From an uncultured Gemmatimonadales bacterium (lineage in GTDB: Bacteria; Gemmatimonadota; Gemmatimonadetes; Longimicrobiales; RSA9): a stretch of 64,000 nt of DNA. Under the pieces are notes generated by a model. That model did not search any database. It was not told where the DNA came from and worked only from the letters and a program-made list of their open reading frames with translations. The position numbers and the translations under genes are program-made. The DNA is taken from positions 800,001 through 864,000 of the forward strand of contig CAWFKH010000003.1 in the NCBI GenBank assembly GCA_963816355.1, written 5' to 3'. Numbering within the stretch: the first letter of the stretch is position 1; the number at the start of each line of letters is the position of its first letter. Positions 26,934-38,958 of the stretch are shown piece by piece.

Positions 26934-28277
26934 ATGAAGCCGAATCGTCGGGGAGAGGGTGGCGCGGCGCTCGCCGCGCTCGGACTGCTGCTGGTGCTCG
27001 CCGCGCCGGCGACGGCGCAGCGCCCGGACCTGGGGCTGGACGCCGGGGTCGGGGCGGACTACTGGACGGCGCTCCTCTCCGGCGGCGACGCGGGAAGTGG
27101 AGGCGCCCCCCGCTTCCGCGCGGCCGCGATGTACCACGTCGGCGGCACGTGGTGGCTGAGCGGGAGGCTCGGCGTCCGGGGTGAGATCGGCCGCGCGGCG
27201 ACGTCGCTGCGTCACGTGGAGCCGCTCTTCCCCGCGCAGAGCCTCGATGTCGCGCTCTGGAGCCTGGCGGCCGGCGTCGAGTACCGGCTGAGTGACCCGA
27301 ACCGGAGCGGCGCACGCCTCACGCCGTACGTGAGCGCAGAAGTCGGCGCGGAGGTGGTGGATCCGGCGGCGGAATCGAACTTTCCATCCAGCGTTCATCC
27401 GGCGGACCGCTTCACGGGCGCCGCGTTCACCACGCAGTCGGGTCGACGGTGGCTGCTGGCGGGGAAGACCCGGCCGCTCCTCGGCGTCGGCGCCGGCGCG
27501 GACTACGACTTCACGCGCAACGTCGGGATCCGCTTCGAGGTGGGCGACCGCATGTTCGGCGCGCCGGTATACGGGCTCGATCCGGGGCCGGCGGACGAGA
27601 CGCTCGCCGGAGCGCGCGCGGGCAAGCTGGTGCAGGGGCTCTACGCGCGCGTCGCGCTGCGGGTCGGCCTCGACGTGGGGGGCGGCGGCGCCGCGGCGGG
27701 GCCGTTCGCGCCGGAGCCGGCGCCGCGTCCGCGGCCACGCCCGGAGCCGCTTCCGTCGCGCCTCGAGCGCGTCGAGTTCTGCGCCATCGACCCCGCCTCG
27801 CCGCAGTGGCTGCGCACGATGCAGGGTTACTACCGCCCGAGCAGTCAGGACACGCTGGTCGACGTCGACGGCCGGCGGTTGCCGCTGCGCGATGCACTCG
27901 CGGGCGTGCGGACGGTGCCGCAGGCGGAGTGGTACGCGGCGGGCGAGCCGCTGCGCATCCGGGAGGACGGCGCCACGGCGAGCTTCGCCGCCTATCAGGG
28001 ACCGCGCCGCGTCGACGAGGCGGCGCTCTCGTTCATCGGCACGGTGGGCGGCGTGCCGGTCTTCGCGGACCGGCTCGAGGTCGCAGCGGACGCGTCCGCG
28101 TGGCGGGACGCGCTCGCCGCGCAATCCGCGCCGGAGCTCGAGGCGCTGCTCACCGGACGTCCCGCGCTGCGCGCCGCGTTCGCCCGGCTGAGCGCGCTCT
28201 ACCTGCCGCTCGGACGCACCGGCTGCGTCTTCCAGGCGTTCGTGCACGGCGGGCGCGGCAGGGGCGGAGGCGGCTGA
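26934..28277 (+). CDS. Paralog of the preceding outer-membrane protein
   Basis: Same layout with shared motifs GDR, DTLV, PQAxWY, IGTVxGxPVxA, TGCVFQ. Confidence 0.75.
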   Translation: MKPNRRGEGGAALAALGLLLVLAAPATAQRPDLGLDAGVGADYWTALLSGGDAGSGGAPRFRAAAMYHVGGTWWLSGRLGVRGEIGRAATSLRHVEPLFPAQSLDVALWSLAAGVEYRLSDPNRSGARLTPYVSAEVGAEVVDPAAESNFPSSVHPADRFTGAAFTTQSGRRWLLAGKTRPLLGVGAGADYDFTRNVGIRFEVGDRMFGAPVYGLDPGPADETLAGARAGKLVQGLYARVALRVGLDVGGGGAAAGPFAPEPAPRPRPRPEPLPSRLERVEFCAIDPASPQWLRTMQGYYRPSSQDTLVDVDGRRLPLRDALAGVRTVPQAEWYAAGEPLRIREDGATASFAAYQGPRRVDEAALSFIGTVGGVPVFADRLEVAADASAWRDALAAQSAPELEALLTGRPALRAAFARLSALYLPLGRTGCVFQAFVHGGRGRGGGG

Positions 28278-28389
28278 CGTCGCTGCGAGGTGTGCTCTTT
28301 GCGTCGCGGATGGAGGGCGGGTAGATTCGCGCCCAGCCCTGGAAGGCCGCCGGAATCCTGCGTCGCATTCAGAAGAGTGGAGGCATACG

Positions 28390-29322
28390 ATGAGCCCGAA
28401 TGGCACTGCGACCGCCGAGCCGATCGCCGTTCAACGCCCCCGCATCGAGGACCTCGACCTGCCGCTCGGGAAGCGCGTTCGGCTGCACCGCCTCCTCTAC
28501 GAGCACGGCATCGGCAACGGCACGCTGCTCGTGCTCCCGATCGACCAGGGGATCGAGCACGGACCGGTCGATTTCTTCCCGAATCCGGATTCGAAGGATC
28601 CGGAGTTCCAGTGGCGCCTCGCGGCCGAGGGCGGTTACAACGCAATCGCCTGCCACTGGGGGCTCGCCCGCGGCTACATGGAGAAGTACGCCGGCCGCGT
28701 TCCGCTCATCCTGAAGATCAACGGCAAGACGAACATCCCGAGCGACGACGAGGCGTTCTCGACGCTCACCGCGACGGTCGAGGACGCGCTCTCACTCGGC
28801 GCCGACGCCGTCGGGTATACGCTCTACGTCGGCTCGCCGCGCCAGGACGAGGACATCGTGCAGATGATGGAAGTGCGCGAGGCGTGCGAGAAATGGGCGA
28901 TGCCGCTGATCGTCTGGGCGTATCCGCGCGGCGCGGCGATCGAGGAGAAGGGCGGCCGTGATTCCCTCTACGCCGTCGACTATGCCTCGCGTCTCGCCCA
29001 CGAGCTGGGCGCCGACATTATCAAGCTCAACGTGCCGAAGAAGGGGAAGAAGGACGCGGAACAGCCGAAGGCGTACGCCTCCCTCGAGTGGGAGTACGCC
29101 GACGGCGTGCGGCGCGTCGTGCAGAGCGCCGGCCGCTCCATGGTGCTCTTCAGCGGCGGCAGCAAGATGGGTGACGCGGACCTGCTCGACAAAGCGCGGC
29201 TCGCGATGGAGAACGGCGCCACCGGCCTCATCTTCGGCCGCAACATGTGGCAGCGGCCGATGGACGAGGCGCTCGCCGTCACGGACCGCATCAAGGATCT
29301 GATGCGCGGCTTCCCCGCTTGA
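28390..29322 (+). CDS. fbaB: Class I fructose-bisphosphate aldolase (DhnA family)
   Basis: LPIDQGIEHGP, YPRG, ELGADIIK, FSGG, IFGRN. Confidence 0.9.
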   Translation: MSPNGTATAEPIAVQRPRIEDLDLPLGKRVRLHRLLYEHGIGNGTLLVLPIDQGIEHGPVDFFPNPDSKDPEFQWRLAAEGGYNAIACHWGLARGYMEKYAGRVPLILKINGKTNIPSDDEAFSTLTATVEDALSLGADAVGYTLYVGSPRQDEDIVQMMEVREACEKWAMPLIVWAYPRGAAIEEKGGRDSLYAVDYASRLAHELGADIIKLNVPKKGKKDAEQPKAYASLEWEYADGVRRVVQSAGRSMVLFSGGSKMGDADLLDKARLAMENGATGLIFGRNMWQRPMDEALAVTDRIKDLMRGFPA

Positions 29323-30011
29323 CCGCAGCGGAGTCCGGCAAGCGCGCGGCGGCGGAAACGGCTGTCGAACGGGTCGAGGATGGCATGCGACTCGGGCTCG
29401 GCACCGGCTCCACCGTGCGCCACGTGCTCGACGTCCTCGGGGAGCGCCGCGCCGCCGGCGAGCTCGCCCGCATTGTCGGCGTCCCCACCTCCCGGCGCAC
29501 CGCCGACCTCGCCGCCGGGCTGGGCATCCCGCTGACGACGCTCGATGACGTCGATCAGCTCGACCTCACCCTCGACGGCGCGGACGAGGTCGACGGCGAG
29601 CTCGCCCTGATCAAGGGGCTCGGTGGCGCGCTGCTCTGGGAGAAGATCGTCGCCGCCGCGTCCGCGAGCTTCGTCGTCGTGGTCGACGAGCGCAAGCTCG
29701 TGCGTCGCCTCGGGGAGCGCGCACCGCTGCCGGTCGAAGTCGTGCCGTTCGGCTGGCGGACGCACCTGGGCGCCGTTCGTGCTGCGGGCGGTGAGCCGGT
29801 GCTCCGCGAGGAGGGCGGTGCTCCATACCGGACCGACGGCGGCCATTACATCCTGGACTGCCGATTTGCTGGCGGGATCGAGGACGCGGAGGAGCTCGAG
29901 GCGGCGCTGCGCATGCGTCCGGGCGTCGTCGAGACCGGACTTTTCCTCGGGATGGCGGACGCGGTGGTCGTGGGTCGCGACGACGGCCGCACGGAGGTGA
30001 TGAGACGATGA
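29319..30011 (+). CDS. rpiA: Ribose-5-phosphate isomerase A
   Basis: [32 protein letters not shown] start overlaps the upstream stop. Confidence 0.95.
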   Translation: MTAAESGKRAAAETAVERVEDGMRLGLGTGSTVRHVLDVLGERRAAGELARIVGVPTSRRTADLAAGLGIPLTTLDDVDQLDLTLDGADEVDGELALIKGLGGALLWEKIVAAASASFVVVVDERKLVRRLGERAPLPVEVVPFGWRTHLGAVRAAGGEPVLREEGGAPYRTDGGHYILDCRFAGGIEDAEELEAALRMRPGVVETGLFLGMADAVVVGRDDGRTEVMRR

Positions 30012-30024
30012 GCATGGAGCGCGC

Positions 30025-30711
30025 ATGATGGGCGTCGAGATCGCGCCGTCGATCCTCTCCGCGGACTTCGGCCGCCTCGCCGACGCCGTCGCGGAGGCCG
30101 AAGCGGCCGGCGCTGACCGCATCCACGTCGACGTGATGGACGGCCACTTCGTGCCCAACATCACGATCGGTCCGCCGGTCGTCGCCGCGCTGCGGCGCGC
30201 CACCCGCCTGCCGCTGGACACGCATCTCATGATCGAGCGTCCCGAGGCGTACCTCGAGGCCTTCATCGACGCCGGTGCCGACCTGCTCACCGTGCACGCG
30301 GAGGCGTGCGTGCACCTCCACCGGGTCGTGCAGCGCATCCGGGAGCTGGGGGCACGACCGGGCGTCGCGATCAACCCCGCCACGCCCCTCGCCGCGCTGG
30401 AGGAGATCGCGCCCTACGTCGACCAAGTCCTCGTCATGACGGTCGACCCCGGATTCGGCGGCCAGCGCTACATCCCGACCAGCACGGCGAAGGTCAGCCG
30501 CGTGCACGTCATGCTCCGCTCCCGCGAACTCGCCCACGTCGGCATCGAGGTGGACGGAGGCATCGACCCCGACACCGCGCCCGCGGCCGTGCGCGCGGGT
30601 GCGTCGATCCTCGTCGCCGGTGCCGCCCTGTTCAACAGCCGCGGCGACGTGGCGGCCAACATCGCGGCGCTTCGTGCCGCCGCGCGCGTGACGCGGGAGG
30701 CGCGCGCCTAG
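30025..30711 (+). CDS. rpe: Ribulose-phosphate 3-epimerase
   Basis: [33 protein letters not shown]. Confidence 0.97.
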   Translation: MMGVEIAPSILSADFGRLADAVAEAEAAGADRIHVDVMDGHFVPNITIGPPVVAALRRATRLPLDTHLMIERPEAYLEAFIDAGADLLTVHAEACVHLHRVVQRIRELGARPGVAINPATPLAALEEIAPYVDQVLVMTVDPGFGGQRYIPTSTAKVSRVHVMLRSRELAHVGIEVDGGIDPDTAPAAVRAGASILVAGAALFNSRGDVAANIAALRAAARVTREARA

Positions 30712-30823
30712 TCGCTCGCGCCAGCCGCTTGCCGGTCGGTCACCGGAGCCCGCGCGGAGGAACGTGTGCTCGTCCACCGCGATCGTCGGCCGGCGACCGG
30801 CGGAAATCCGAACAGCTCGATCC

Positions 30824-30906
30824 GCCGGGGTGGCGGAAAGGCAGACGCGGGGAACTTAAAATTCCCTGGGCTTCGGCCCGTGCGGGTTCGAGTCCCGCCC
30901 CCGGCA
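30824..30906 (+). tRNA. tRNA-Leu(TAA)
   Basis: GCCGGGG/CCCCGGC acceptor, GGGAA-CTTAAAA-TTCCC anticodon arm, long variable arm GGGC-TTCG-GCCC, GGTTCGAGTC. Confidence 0.96.
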
Positions 30907-30939
30907 TATGGTGGGTTCAGGCGCTGGCAGAGCTCGCGC

Positions 30940-33589
30940 TCATCGGTTCGCCTGGTCCACGGCGCGCTCCATACGCTTCACCCACCCCGGGACGACCCGG
31001 AAGTAGTGCTCCGCTCGCTCAGCCGGAGACTGCAGGTAGATGAGGCCTCCGTCGTGGCCAACGGCCCAGGACCAGCCGGGCGTCTGGCTGAACTGCGGGG
31101 CCAGGGCGAGGAGCTCGGGCGCGTCGAAAGGTGGATCGGCGCCAGGATGGATCGTCACCTTGTGGAACTCCCAGTCGCCTTCGTCCGTCTGGGCGATATA
31201 GACCAGCTCGGTCGCCGATACCCACTGCGGCTCGATGCCGCGAGCATCCACGAAATAGCGCCGATCGAGCGCCGGCCACGGCTGGACCCGCAGATCTCCC
31301 GACGAATTCCCCTGGTACGCGATCCAGTGACCGCCCGGGGAGATCGACACGAACTGACCGGTGGCAAGCCCGAGCGAGTCGACTCCACCGTCGGAACCCA
31401 CGATCATCGCGGATTCGCCCCCCGGGAATCCAACGAGGAGGGAATCATCGGCCAGATACATGGACGGCCGAAACGTGGTAGGGGGCGCGGTCGTGGCGAG
31501 TACCCGAGGCTTCGTCGAGGAGTCGAGCAGCCGGGAGACGAGGGATTCTCGACCCGGTTCCTCGCTGATCGTGTAAGCGATACGGTCGCCACTCGGGCTG
31601 AACACGGGAACGTCGATGAACGAGCCGACGGCCACGGTCTCGTGTGTGCCCGCCTGCAGATCGTAGACGCGCAGCTCCTGCTGCTCGAGGCCTTCAACCA
31701 CCGTTGCCAACCGCCGGCCATCGGGGCTCTCGCGGAAGCGCAGGTGGGCGGCCTGCTCCACCGGCAGCGGCTCGATGCGCCCATCCGTGCCGACGCGCAC
31801 GAGGCGGCCCACGGCCGCGTTGGTTCCCGGCAGGTAGACGAGGGTGCCGTCACGGGTCAGGTCGAACTGGCCGGTGCCGCTGTAGTCTCCATTGCGTACG
31901 CCGGGTACGAGGGAGACGGATCGGCCGACCGTGAGCGAGTCGAGGCTCTGGATGCGCGTGGCCATGATGGTTCCGTCGACGCCCATGTAAACCAGGTACC
32001 GGCCATCGACCACACGGAAGTCCGCGCCGCGCAGCAGCGCGGCCTTCCCGCCGCGCCCGTCGGCCGCGTGATGCCAGTACCGGATGCGGCCCGGATCCGC
32101 CAGGTTGCGGCTGGAGGCGAACTTGTCGGCGCCGCCTCCGCAGATCACCTGGCCGCCGGATCCGAGGAGCACGGGATTCAGGCAGTATCCTCCAACCGTG
32201 ATCTCACGCGCGTCGCCGCCCAGCGGGTCGACCCAGCGGAGCAGACGCCCGTTGTCGTCGCTGAAGAAGATCCTCCCGTCATCCGTCCAGGTCCCGCCGA
32301 ATGGAAGCGTGATGGAAGCGACGGGGGACACGGTCCCCCCGTCGATCCCCACCACCTTCAGCTGATAACCGCTGCCGGCGGGGACGCCCACCGCCACGCG
32401 CCTGCCGTCGGGGGAGATCCACGGCGCGGTGAATGTCCCGACCGTGCCCGGAATGGGGTGACCCTCTCCCGTCCTGAGGCTCTGGTACCACAGCTCGGTC
32501 GTAGCCCCCTTCTGCGCGGTATAGACCACGAACGACCCGTCCGGCGCTACAGAGAAAGCCCGATCTTCGGTGGTGACGTTGACCGCGCTCGTCGGCGGCG
32601 TTCCGATGTCCCGAACTCCCGCCGGACGCCACATCAGCGCCCAGCCCGCGACGGCCAGAGATAGCACCGCGACGATCAGGGATGCCGCGGCGACGGCCCA
32701 GGCCTTCCGGGAGCTGACCACGGGGCCCGTGGGGGCGGCGTCGGTCAGTCGGAAGGCGGGATCCACGAGCGCGTCGGCGAATGCCTTCGCGCTGTCGAAC
32801 CGGTCGGCCGGCAGCTTCTCCAGCGCCTTCGCGACGGCGGCCGCCACGTTCGGCGGCACCGATTTCCTGCAGCTTCGTGACCGGCGCCGCCTCCTCCGTC
32901 ACGATCTTCATGATGATCTGCTGCGCGGAGGAGCCCGTGTGCGGCGGGTCGCCCGTCAGCATCTCGTAGAGCACGCTCGCCAGCGAATAGACGTCGCTGC
33001 GCCCGGTGAGGTCCTTCTCCGCCGTCGCCTGCTCCGGACTCATGTAGTGCGGCGTGCCGAGGCTGAGCCCGGTCTCGGTCATGCGCCCACCGGCCGCCGC
33101 GCACACCGCCAGCGCGATGCCGAAGTCCGCCACCATGGGCCGGCCGTCGTGCAGCAGGATGTTCTCGGGCTTGATGTCGCGGTGGATGACGCCGTGCCGG
33201 TGCGCGTAGTCGAGCGCGTCGGCCACCTCCCGGGTGATCCGCACCGCCTCGTCCACGCCGAGCTGCGTTTCCCGGTTCAGCCGGCCGCGCAGCGTTTCGC
33301 CCTGGATGTACGGCATGACGTAGAAGAGGAAGCCGTCGGCGGTGCCGGAGTCGAAGAGCGGCAGGATGTGCGGGTGCTGGAGCTGGGCGGTGGTGGTGAT
33401 CTCCTGCACGAAGCGCTCGGCACCGAGGACGGCGGCCAGCTCGGGCTTCAGCACCTTGATGGCCACCTGGCGCAGGTGGCGGAGGTCCTCGGCCAGGTAG
33501 ACCGTGGCCATGCCGCCCGCGCCGAGCTCCCGCTCGATGCGGTAGCGGTCGGCGAGGGCGACGGCGAGACGGTCGGGAGCTCCCGTCAC
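30940..33589 (-). CDS. Receptor Ser/Thr kinase K6 (kinase-TM-TolB-like beta-propeller), +1 frameshift at ~32869
   Basis: GTG overlaps the K5 stop. GAGGMATVY, HRDIKPEN, DFG, GTPHYMSPE. The frame breaks at VTKL/RKSVPPN, then TM and SPDG repeats follow. Confidence 0.88.
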
Positions 33590-36270
33590 TTCCCGTTCTC
33601 CATCGCCCGCTCGACCTCGACGCGCCAGTTGAAGATCACGTTCAGGTCGGACGCGTCGTCGCCGGCGCTCGTAACCATCAGGAACCGCGTGCCATCCGGG
33701 GTCACGTCGTAGGCGCGATGGTAGGGATCCTGCACGAGGCCGGGGAGCGTGAACAGCAGCTTCGGCGTCCCATGCGTGAAGCGCGCGCCGAGGGTCACGG
33801 GCGTCGCGAACATCTCGCCGCGCTGGCCGCGGAAGAAGAGCTCGGTGCCGTCGCGGCTCCAGAGAGGTTCGATGCCACCTCCCACCGATATCGCGATTCG
33901 CGCCGAATCCACATGGGGGAACGGGCGGACGTAGACCTCCGCGACTCCGGAGGCCTCCGAGACGTACGCGAGCCAGCGTCCGTCGGGTGAGAGTCTCATC
34001 GCGTAGTGGTCGACGCGCGACGGGAGGAGCAGCCGCGGCACGGTGTCCCTGCCGGTCTCCGCGACGAGGAGATGGCGGCTGTCGATCCCGGCACCGAAGG
34101 TGCGGAAGAGCAGAAAGCGCCCGCGTGGGCCAAACTGGACTTCGTCCAGCTCGGGCAGATTCGGCATGACAGGACGCTCGTCGCCGCTGCCGTCGGCCCG
34201 ACGGATGAAGGCCCTGCGCACCCCGTTCACCGTGGCGAGGTATGCCACGCGTCGCCCGTCCGGCGACCAGTCCGGGCGATCCGCCCTTTCTGCATCCGAG
34301 GTGAGCCGGGTGAACGCGCCCGTCGGGAGTTGCTTCACCCACAGTTGCGTCGCCCCGGCCTCCTGCCGGGACACGACGAACTGGGTGCCGTCCGGGGACA
34401 GCGCCGGATCCTGGTACGCGCCGGTCAGGTTCGTGTCCACCGACGTGATTTCGCCGGACCGGTCCACCCAGACCGGTCCGCCGATGCCGCCGGCCTGGCG
34501 CTCGTAGACCAGGACGCCGGTGGACGACACCGAGAACTGCACCGAGCCGTTCGTGATATCGCTCTGAACGCCCTGCAGGACGGGGATCGGGGGGCTCGTG
34601 AGACGGGCCGCCGCGGCGTCGAAGCGCGCGGCGAGGATGCGGCCGTCGGGCAGCCCGATCGCCAGATATCCCGGCGCCACGTAGCGCGGGACGGTACCGG
34701 GAGTGAGCTCGGTGACGCCCCTCGTCGCCACATCGACCACGCCGATCCGTGACGCGCCGAGCGATCCCCGGTAGACCATGATCAGAACCTTCCGGCTTCC
34801 GGGGAGCACCTCCGGAAAGCCGTACTGGAAGGCGCCCGATCCCGAGTCCGGCCGCGCGATGGTCGTCACAGGCCCCCCCGTGGCGGCCACGGAGGCGAGG
34901 CCGGCGCCGTATACGAAGTAGATCCGACCGTCGTCCCCCCACGAACCACCGCCGTAGTACTGGAGAGAATCGCGAACGACCGTGCGAACCGCGCCGCCGT
35001 TGAAACGCACCACGCGGAGCTGGGCGCGCGCTCCGCTGCCGGTGAAGAACCCGATCGATTCTCCGTCCGCGGAGAAGAAGGGATCGCCGGCCCCCTCAGT
35101 GCCCGTCAACGGGTGCGCCGCGTCCTCGCCGAGCTCGCGGACCCATAGCTGGATGACCCCGGCCTTCTGGCCCACGAACGCGAGGCGCCGCCCCGATCGT
35201 GAGATCGCCAGCCGCAGCGTCAGGATCTGGGGGACGGTCACGCTGTCCGGCAGCCCCAGCGTGGCGTGCACGACGTCCGATGGACCGACGCTGCCGGGGT
35301 CGCCACCGCGTCGGCCGATCATCCATCCGGCCGTCAGCGCCACGACCACGGCGGTGGCGGCCACGGCGAGCACGACGCGCGGTCGGCGGGCGGGCATGGC
35401 GGCCAGCGACCCGGCGGCGCTCGCCGGCGTCGCGAACCCGGGATCGCTCAACGCATCGGCAAAGGCCTTGGCGGAGTCGAAGCGGTCGGCCGGCAGCTTC
35501 TCGAGCCCCTTCGCCACCGCCGCCGCGACGTTGGGCGGCACCGACTTCCGCAGCTTCGTGACCGGCGCCGCCTCCTCGGTCACGATCTTCATGATGATCT
35601 GCTGCGCCGAGGAGCCCGTATGGGGCGGCTCGCCGGTCAGCATCTCGTACAGCACGCTGGCCAGCGAGTAGACGTCCGAGCGCCCCGTGATGTCGGGTTC
35701 CGCCGTGGCCTGCTCGGGACTCATGTAGTGCGGCGTGCCCAGGCTGAGCCCGGTCTCGGTCATGCGGCCGCCCGCCGCCGCCGAGACCGCCAGCGCGATC
35801 CCGAAGTCCGCCACCATGGGACGGCCGCCGTGGAGGAGGATGTTCTCGGGCTTGATGTCTCGGTGGACGACCCCGTGCCCGTGGGCGTACTGCAGAGCGT
35901 CCGCCACTTCGGAGGTCAGATCCACCGCCTCCCGCACCGGGAGCTGCTTCTCCCGGTTCAGACGGTCGCGGAGCGATTCCCCCTCGACGAAGGGCATGAC
36001 GTAGTACAGGAAGCCGTCGGCGGTGCCCGAGTCGAACAGCGGCAGAATGTTCGGGTGCTGGAGCGAGGCGGTGGTCTTGATCTCGGCCAGGAAGCGGTCG
36101 GCGCCCAGGACGGCCGCCAGCTCGGGCTTGAGGACCTTGATGGCCACCTTGCGGTCGTGCTTGAGGTCCTCGGCCAGGTAGACTGTGGCCATCCCGCCCT
36201 CGCCCAGCTCCCGCTCGATCCGGTAGCGGTCCGCCAGCGCGGCGGTCAGGCGCTCCGAGGTGTCGCTCAC
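33586..36270 (-). CDS. Receptor Ser/Thr kinase K5 (kinase-TM-beta-propeller), intact
   Basis: GTG 36270 overlaps the K4 stop; all Hanks motifs present; TM VVLAVAATAVVVALTAGWMI; PD40-like repeats; ends YDVTPDGTRF...NW. Confidence 0.92.
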   Translation of the reverse strand: MSDTSERLTAALADRYRIERELGEGGMATVYLAEDLKHDRKVAIKVLKPELAAVLGADRFLAEIKTTASLQHPNILPLFDSGTADGFLYYVMPFVEGESLRDRLNREKQLPVREAVDLTSEVADALQYAHGHGVVHRDIKPENILLHGGRPMVADFGIALAVSAAAGGRMTETGLSLGTPHYMSPEQATAEPDITGRSDVYSLASVLYEMLTGEPPHTGSSAQQIIMKIVTEEAAPVTKLRKSVPPNVAAAVAKGLEKLPADRFDSAKAFADALSDPGFATPASAAGSLAAMPARRPRVVLAVAATAVVVALTAGWMIGRRGGDPGSVGPSDVVHATLGLPDSVTVPQILTLRLAISRSGRRLAFVGQKAGVIQLWVRELGEDAAHPLTGTEGAGDPFFSADGESIGFFTGSGARAQLRVVRFNGGAVRTVVRDSLQYYGGGSWGDDGRIYFVYGAGLASVAATGGPVTTIARPDSGSGAFQYGFPEVLPGSRKVLIMVYRGSLGASRIGVVDVATRGVTELTPGTVPRYVAPGYLAIGLPDGRILAARFDAAAARLTSPPIPVLQGVQSDITNGSVQFSVSSTGVLVYERQAGGIGGPVWVDRSGEITSVDTNLTGAYQDPALSPDGTQFVVSRQEAGATQLWVKQLPTGAFTRLTSDAERADRPDWSPDGRRVAYLATVNGVRRAFIRRADGSGDERPVMPNLPELDEVQFGPRGRFLLFRTFGAGIDSRHLLVAETGRDTVPRLLLPSRVDHYAMRLSPDGRWLAYVSEASGVAEVYVRPFPHVDSARIAISVGGGIEPLWSRDGTELFFRGQRGEMFATPVTLGARFTHGTPKLLFTLPGLVQDPYHRAYDVTPDGTRFLMVTSAGDDASDLNVIFNWRVEVERAMENGK

Positions 36271-38958
36271 TTCTTCACCTTCGCCAGCAGCTCGGGGAAC
36301 CAGTTCTCCACGTAGACGATGGCGCTGGAGGTGTCCGGCAGGTCGCGGATCATCACGAAGTGCTGACCGTCGGGCGCGACGTCGTACTCCTGCCGGTTGC
36401 GGGCCGAGCGGTAGCCCGCCACGGAGAACAACTCTCGCGGGGACCCGAACTGGAGTGTCGAGCCCGGGGTGACGGGGACGGCCATGAAGCGGTCGCCGCT
36501 CCGGTAGAAGAGCATGCGCCCGTCGCCCGCCCAGCGTGGCTCCGTGCCACCGCCGTGCGAGACGACCCGGGTGGGGGCCAGGGCCGGGAATGGCGCTACC
36601 TCGATACCGCTTCCCCCCTGGTAAAAGGCCAGCCACCTTCCGTCGCGGGACAGGGCGATCTCGTCGTCTCCCAACTCCGTGGCGTCGGGGAGACGCACGA
36701 GCGCGGTATCCCCTTCAAGGCGCCGGGCCCCGATCTGGGACACAGCGCTAGAGTCCCACCGGAACGCGAGCCAGCGTCCGTCCGGCGAAAGCTCTCCCTC
36801 CCAGATGCTGTAGCGATCGTCGTCCAGCAGCATCCTGGCCGCCGCGCTTGCGTCTACCGGCTGCTCATAGAGAGCGTAAGCGTTCGGCTGATCCGGGCCC
36901 CGGCGGTTCGACGCGAACACCACCGAACGGCCATCGCGGGTCCAGGCCGGCCTCCAGTTCACGGCTCCTTCTTGCGTAAGCTGCTGGCGTGTGCCGTCGG
37001 AGCGGCGGATCCAGAGCTGCGTCGTCGCGCCGACGACGCTCACCGCGAGGCTCTTCCCGTCGGGAGAAAGCGCCGGGTACTGGAAGTCGGCCCTCCATGT
37101 GGAATCCAGCGGCACGGCGCTCCCGTCCCGCGAGACCCACATCAGCTCCGAGGACGAGCCCGCGCCTGCAGAGGTCGTGTAGAGGACGGCGCCCGAGGTC
37201 GACAGAGTGAACGTGCCGGGCACCACGTCGGGGATTACCGGAACCGCGCCGCTCGTCGCCTCGAGGCGACCCACGTCAAACGCCATGGCGTAAAGACCGC
37301 CCGCGTGGTCCGTGTACAGGAGATGCCCGGTGGGGGAGTACCACGCGCCAGCCGCGTTCGGCACGAGCACCCTGTCACTGTCCGACCGTAGATCGAGGAC
37401 ATGGATCGAGGACTCGAAGGCACAGTTGCCCGGACAGCTGGTGTACACGATGCCCCGGCTCTTCGGCAGCGGCGACATCGTGATGACGGTTGCGTTCTTC
37501 AACGAGGCGTTCGCCAGGAGCAGGCGGGCGGGACCGCCCGACGCGCCGACCTCCGCGATGCCGGCGCTCCCCACGAAGACCAGGCTGTCGTCGTCCAGCC
37601 ATGCCGCGGCCGTCCCGCTACCGGAAGGGGCCTCGGGGACGTCCGCGAGGGTCACGGAGCCCCCACCCGCGACCGGGACCTTCTTCAGCTTGCCGTCGGT
37701 GCTGACGTATCCGATCCAGCTGCCGTCGGGGGAGAAGAACGGGGACAGCGCGCCGCCCGTCCCCGCCAGCGGGGTGGCCGACGGTTGGCCGCGCAGCTTG
37801 CGCATGAGATGGAAGGTCCCGCCGGTGGAATCGACGAAGACGATGCTCGATCCGTCCGGGGCGATGGCGGCCTGTGTTGCCTCGTACCGCTGGCCCGGGT
37901 CGAGGAGCCTGCCGAGGGAGTGCTGCCACAGGACGATCCGCTGCGCGCTGCTGGGGAGTGCCGGCTGCGGGCGCCGCCACCCGAGCGCGGCCAGCGCGAG
38001 CGCGGCGAGCGCCACCAGGGATACCCCGACGAAGAACGGATCGCGCAAACGCCCGCGCCAGCCAGCGGTCCGGGCCCCGGAGGCGCCTCCCGCGCCCATC
38101 CCCCCGCCCCCGGTCACCCGGAACGAGGGATCCGCCAGCGCGTCGAGCGAACGCCTTCGCGCTCTCGAACCGGTCTGCCGGCAGCTTCTCCAGCGCCTTC
38201 GCGACGGCCGCCGCCACGTTCGGCGGCACGGAGCTGCGCAGCTTCGTGACCGGCGCCGCCTCCTCCGTCACGATCTTCATGATGATCTGCTGGGCCGAGC
38301 TGCCGACGTGCGGCGGGTCGCCCGTCAGCATCTCGTAGAGCACGCTCGCGAGCGAATAGACGTCGCTGCGCCCCGTGATGTCTTTCTCCGCCGTGGCCTG
38401 CTCGGGACTCATGTAGTGCGGCGTGCCCAGGCTGAGCCCGGTCTCGGTCATCCGCCCACCGGCCGCCGCGGAGACCGCCAGCGCGATGCCGAAGTCGGCC
38501 ACCATCGGCCGCCCGTCGTGCAGCAGGATGTTCTCGGGCTTGATGTCGCGGTGGATCACGCCGTGCCGGTGCGCGTAGTCCAGCGCGTCGGCCACCTCCC
38601 GGGTGATCTTCACCGCCTCGTCCACGCCGAGCTGCGTCTCGCGGTTCAGCCGGTCCCGGAGCGACTCGCCCTCGACAAACGGCATGACGTAATAGAGGAA
38701 GCCGTCCGCCGTGCCCGAGTCGAACAGCGGCAGGATGTGGGGGTGCTGGAGCTGGGCGGTGGTGGTGATCTCCTGGACGAAGCGGTCGGCGCCCAGGACG
38801 GCCGCAAGCTCCGGCTTCAGGACCTTGATGGCCACCTGGCGTTGATGCTTGAGGTCCGCGGCCAGATACACGGTGGCCATGCCGCCCTGCCCCAGCTCCC
38901 GCTCGATCCGGTAGCGGTCCGAGAGGGCGGCGGCCAGGCGGTCCACGGGCACGCTCAC
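36267..38958 (-). CDS. Receptor Ser/Thr kinase K4, +1 frameshift at ~38145
   Basis: GTG 38958 overlaps the K3 stop; kinase runs to AKAFA, then frame shifts to DALADPSF; TM and propeller lie in the second frame. Confidence 0.88.
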
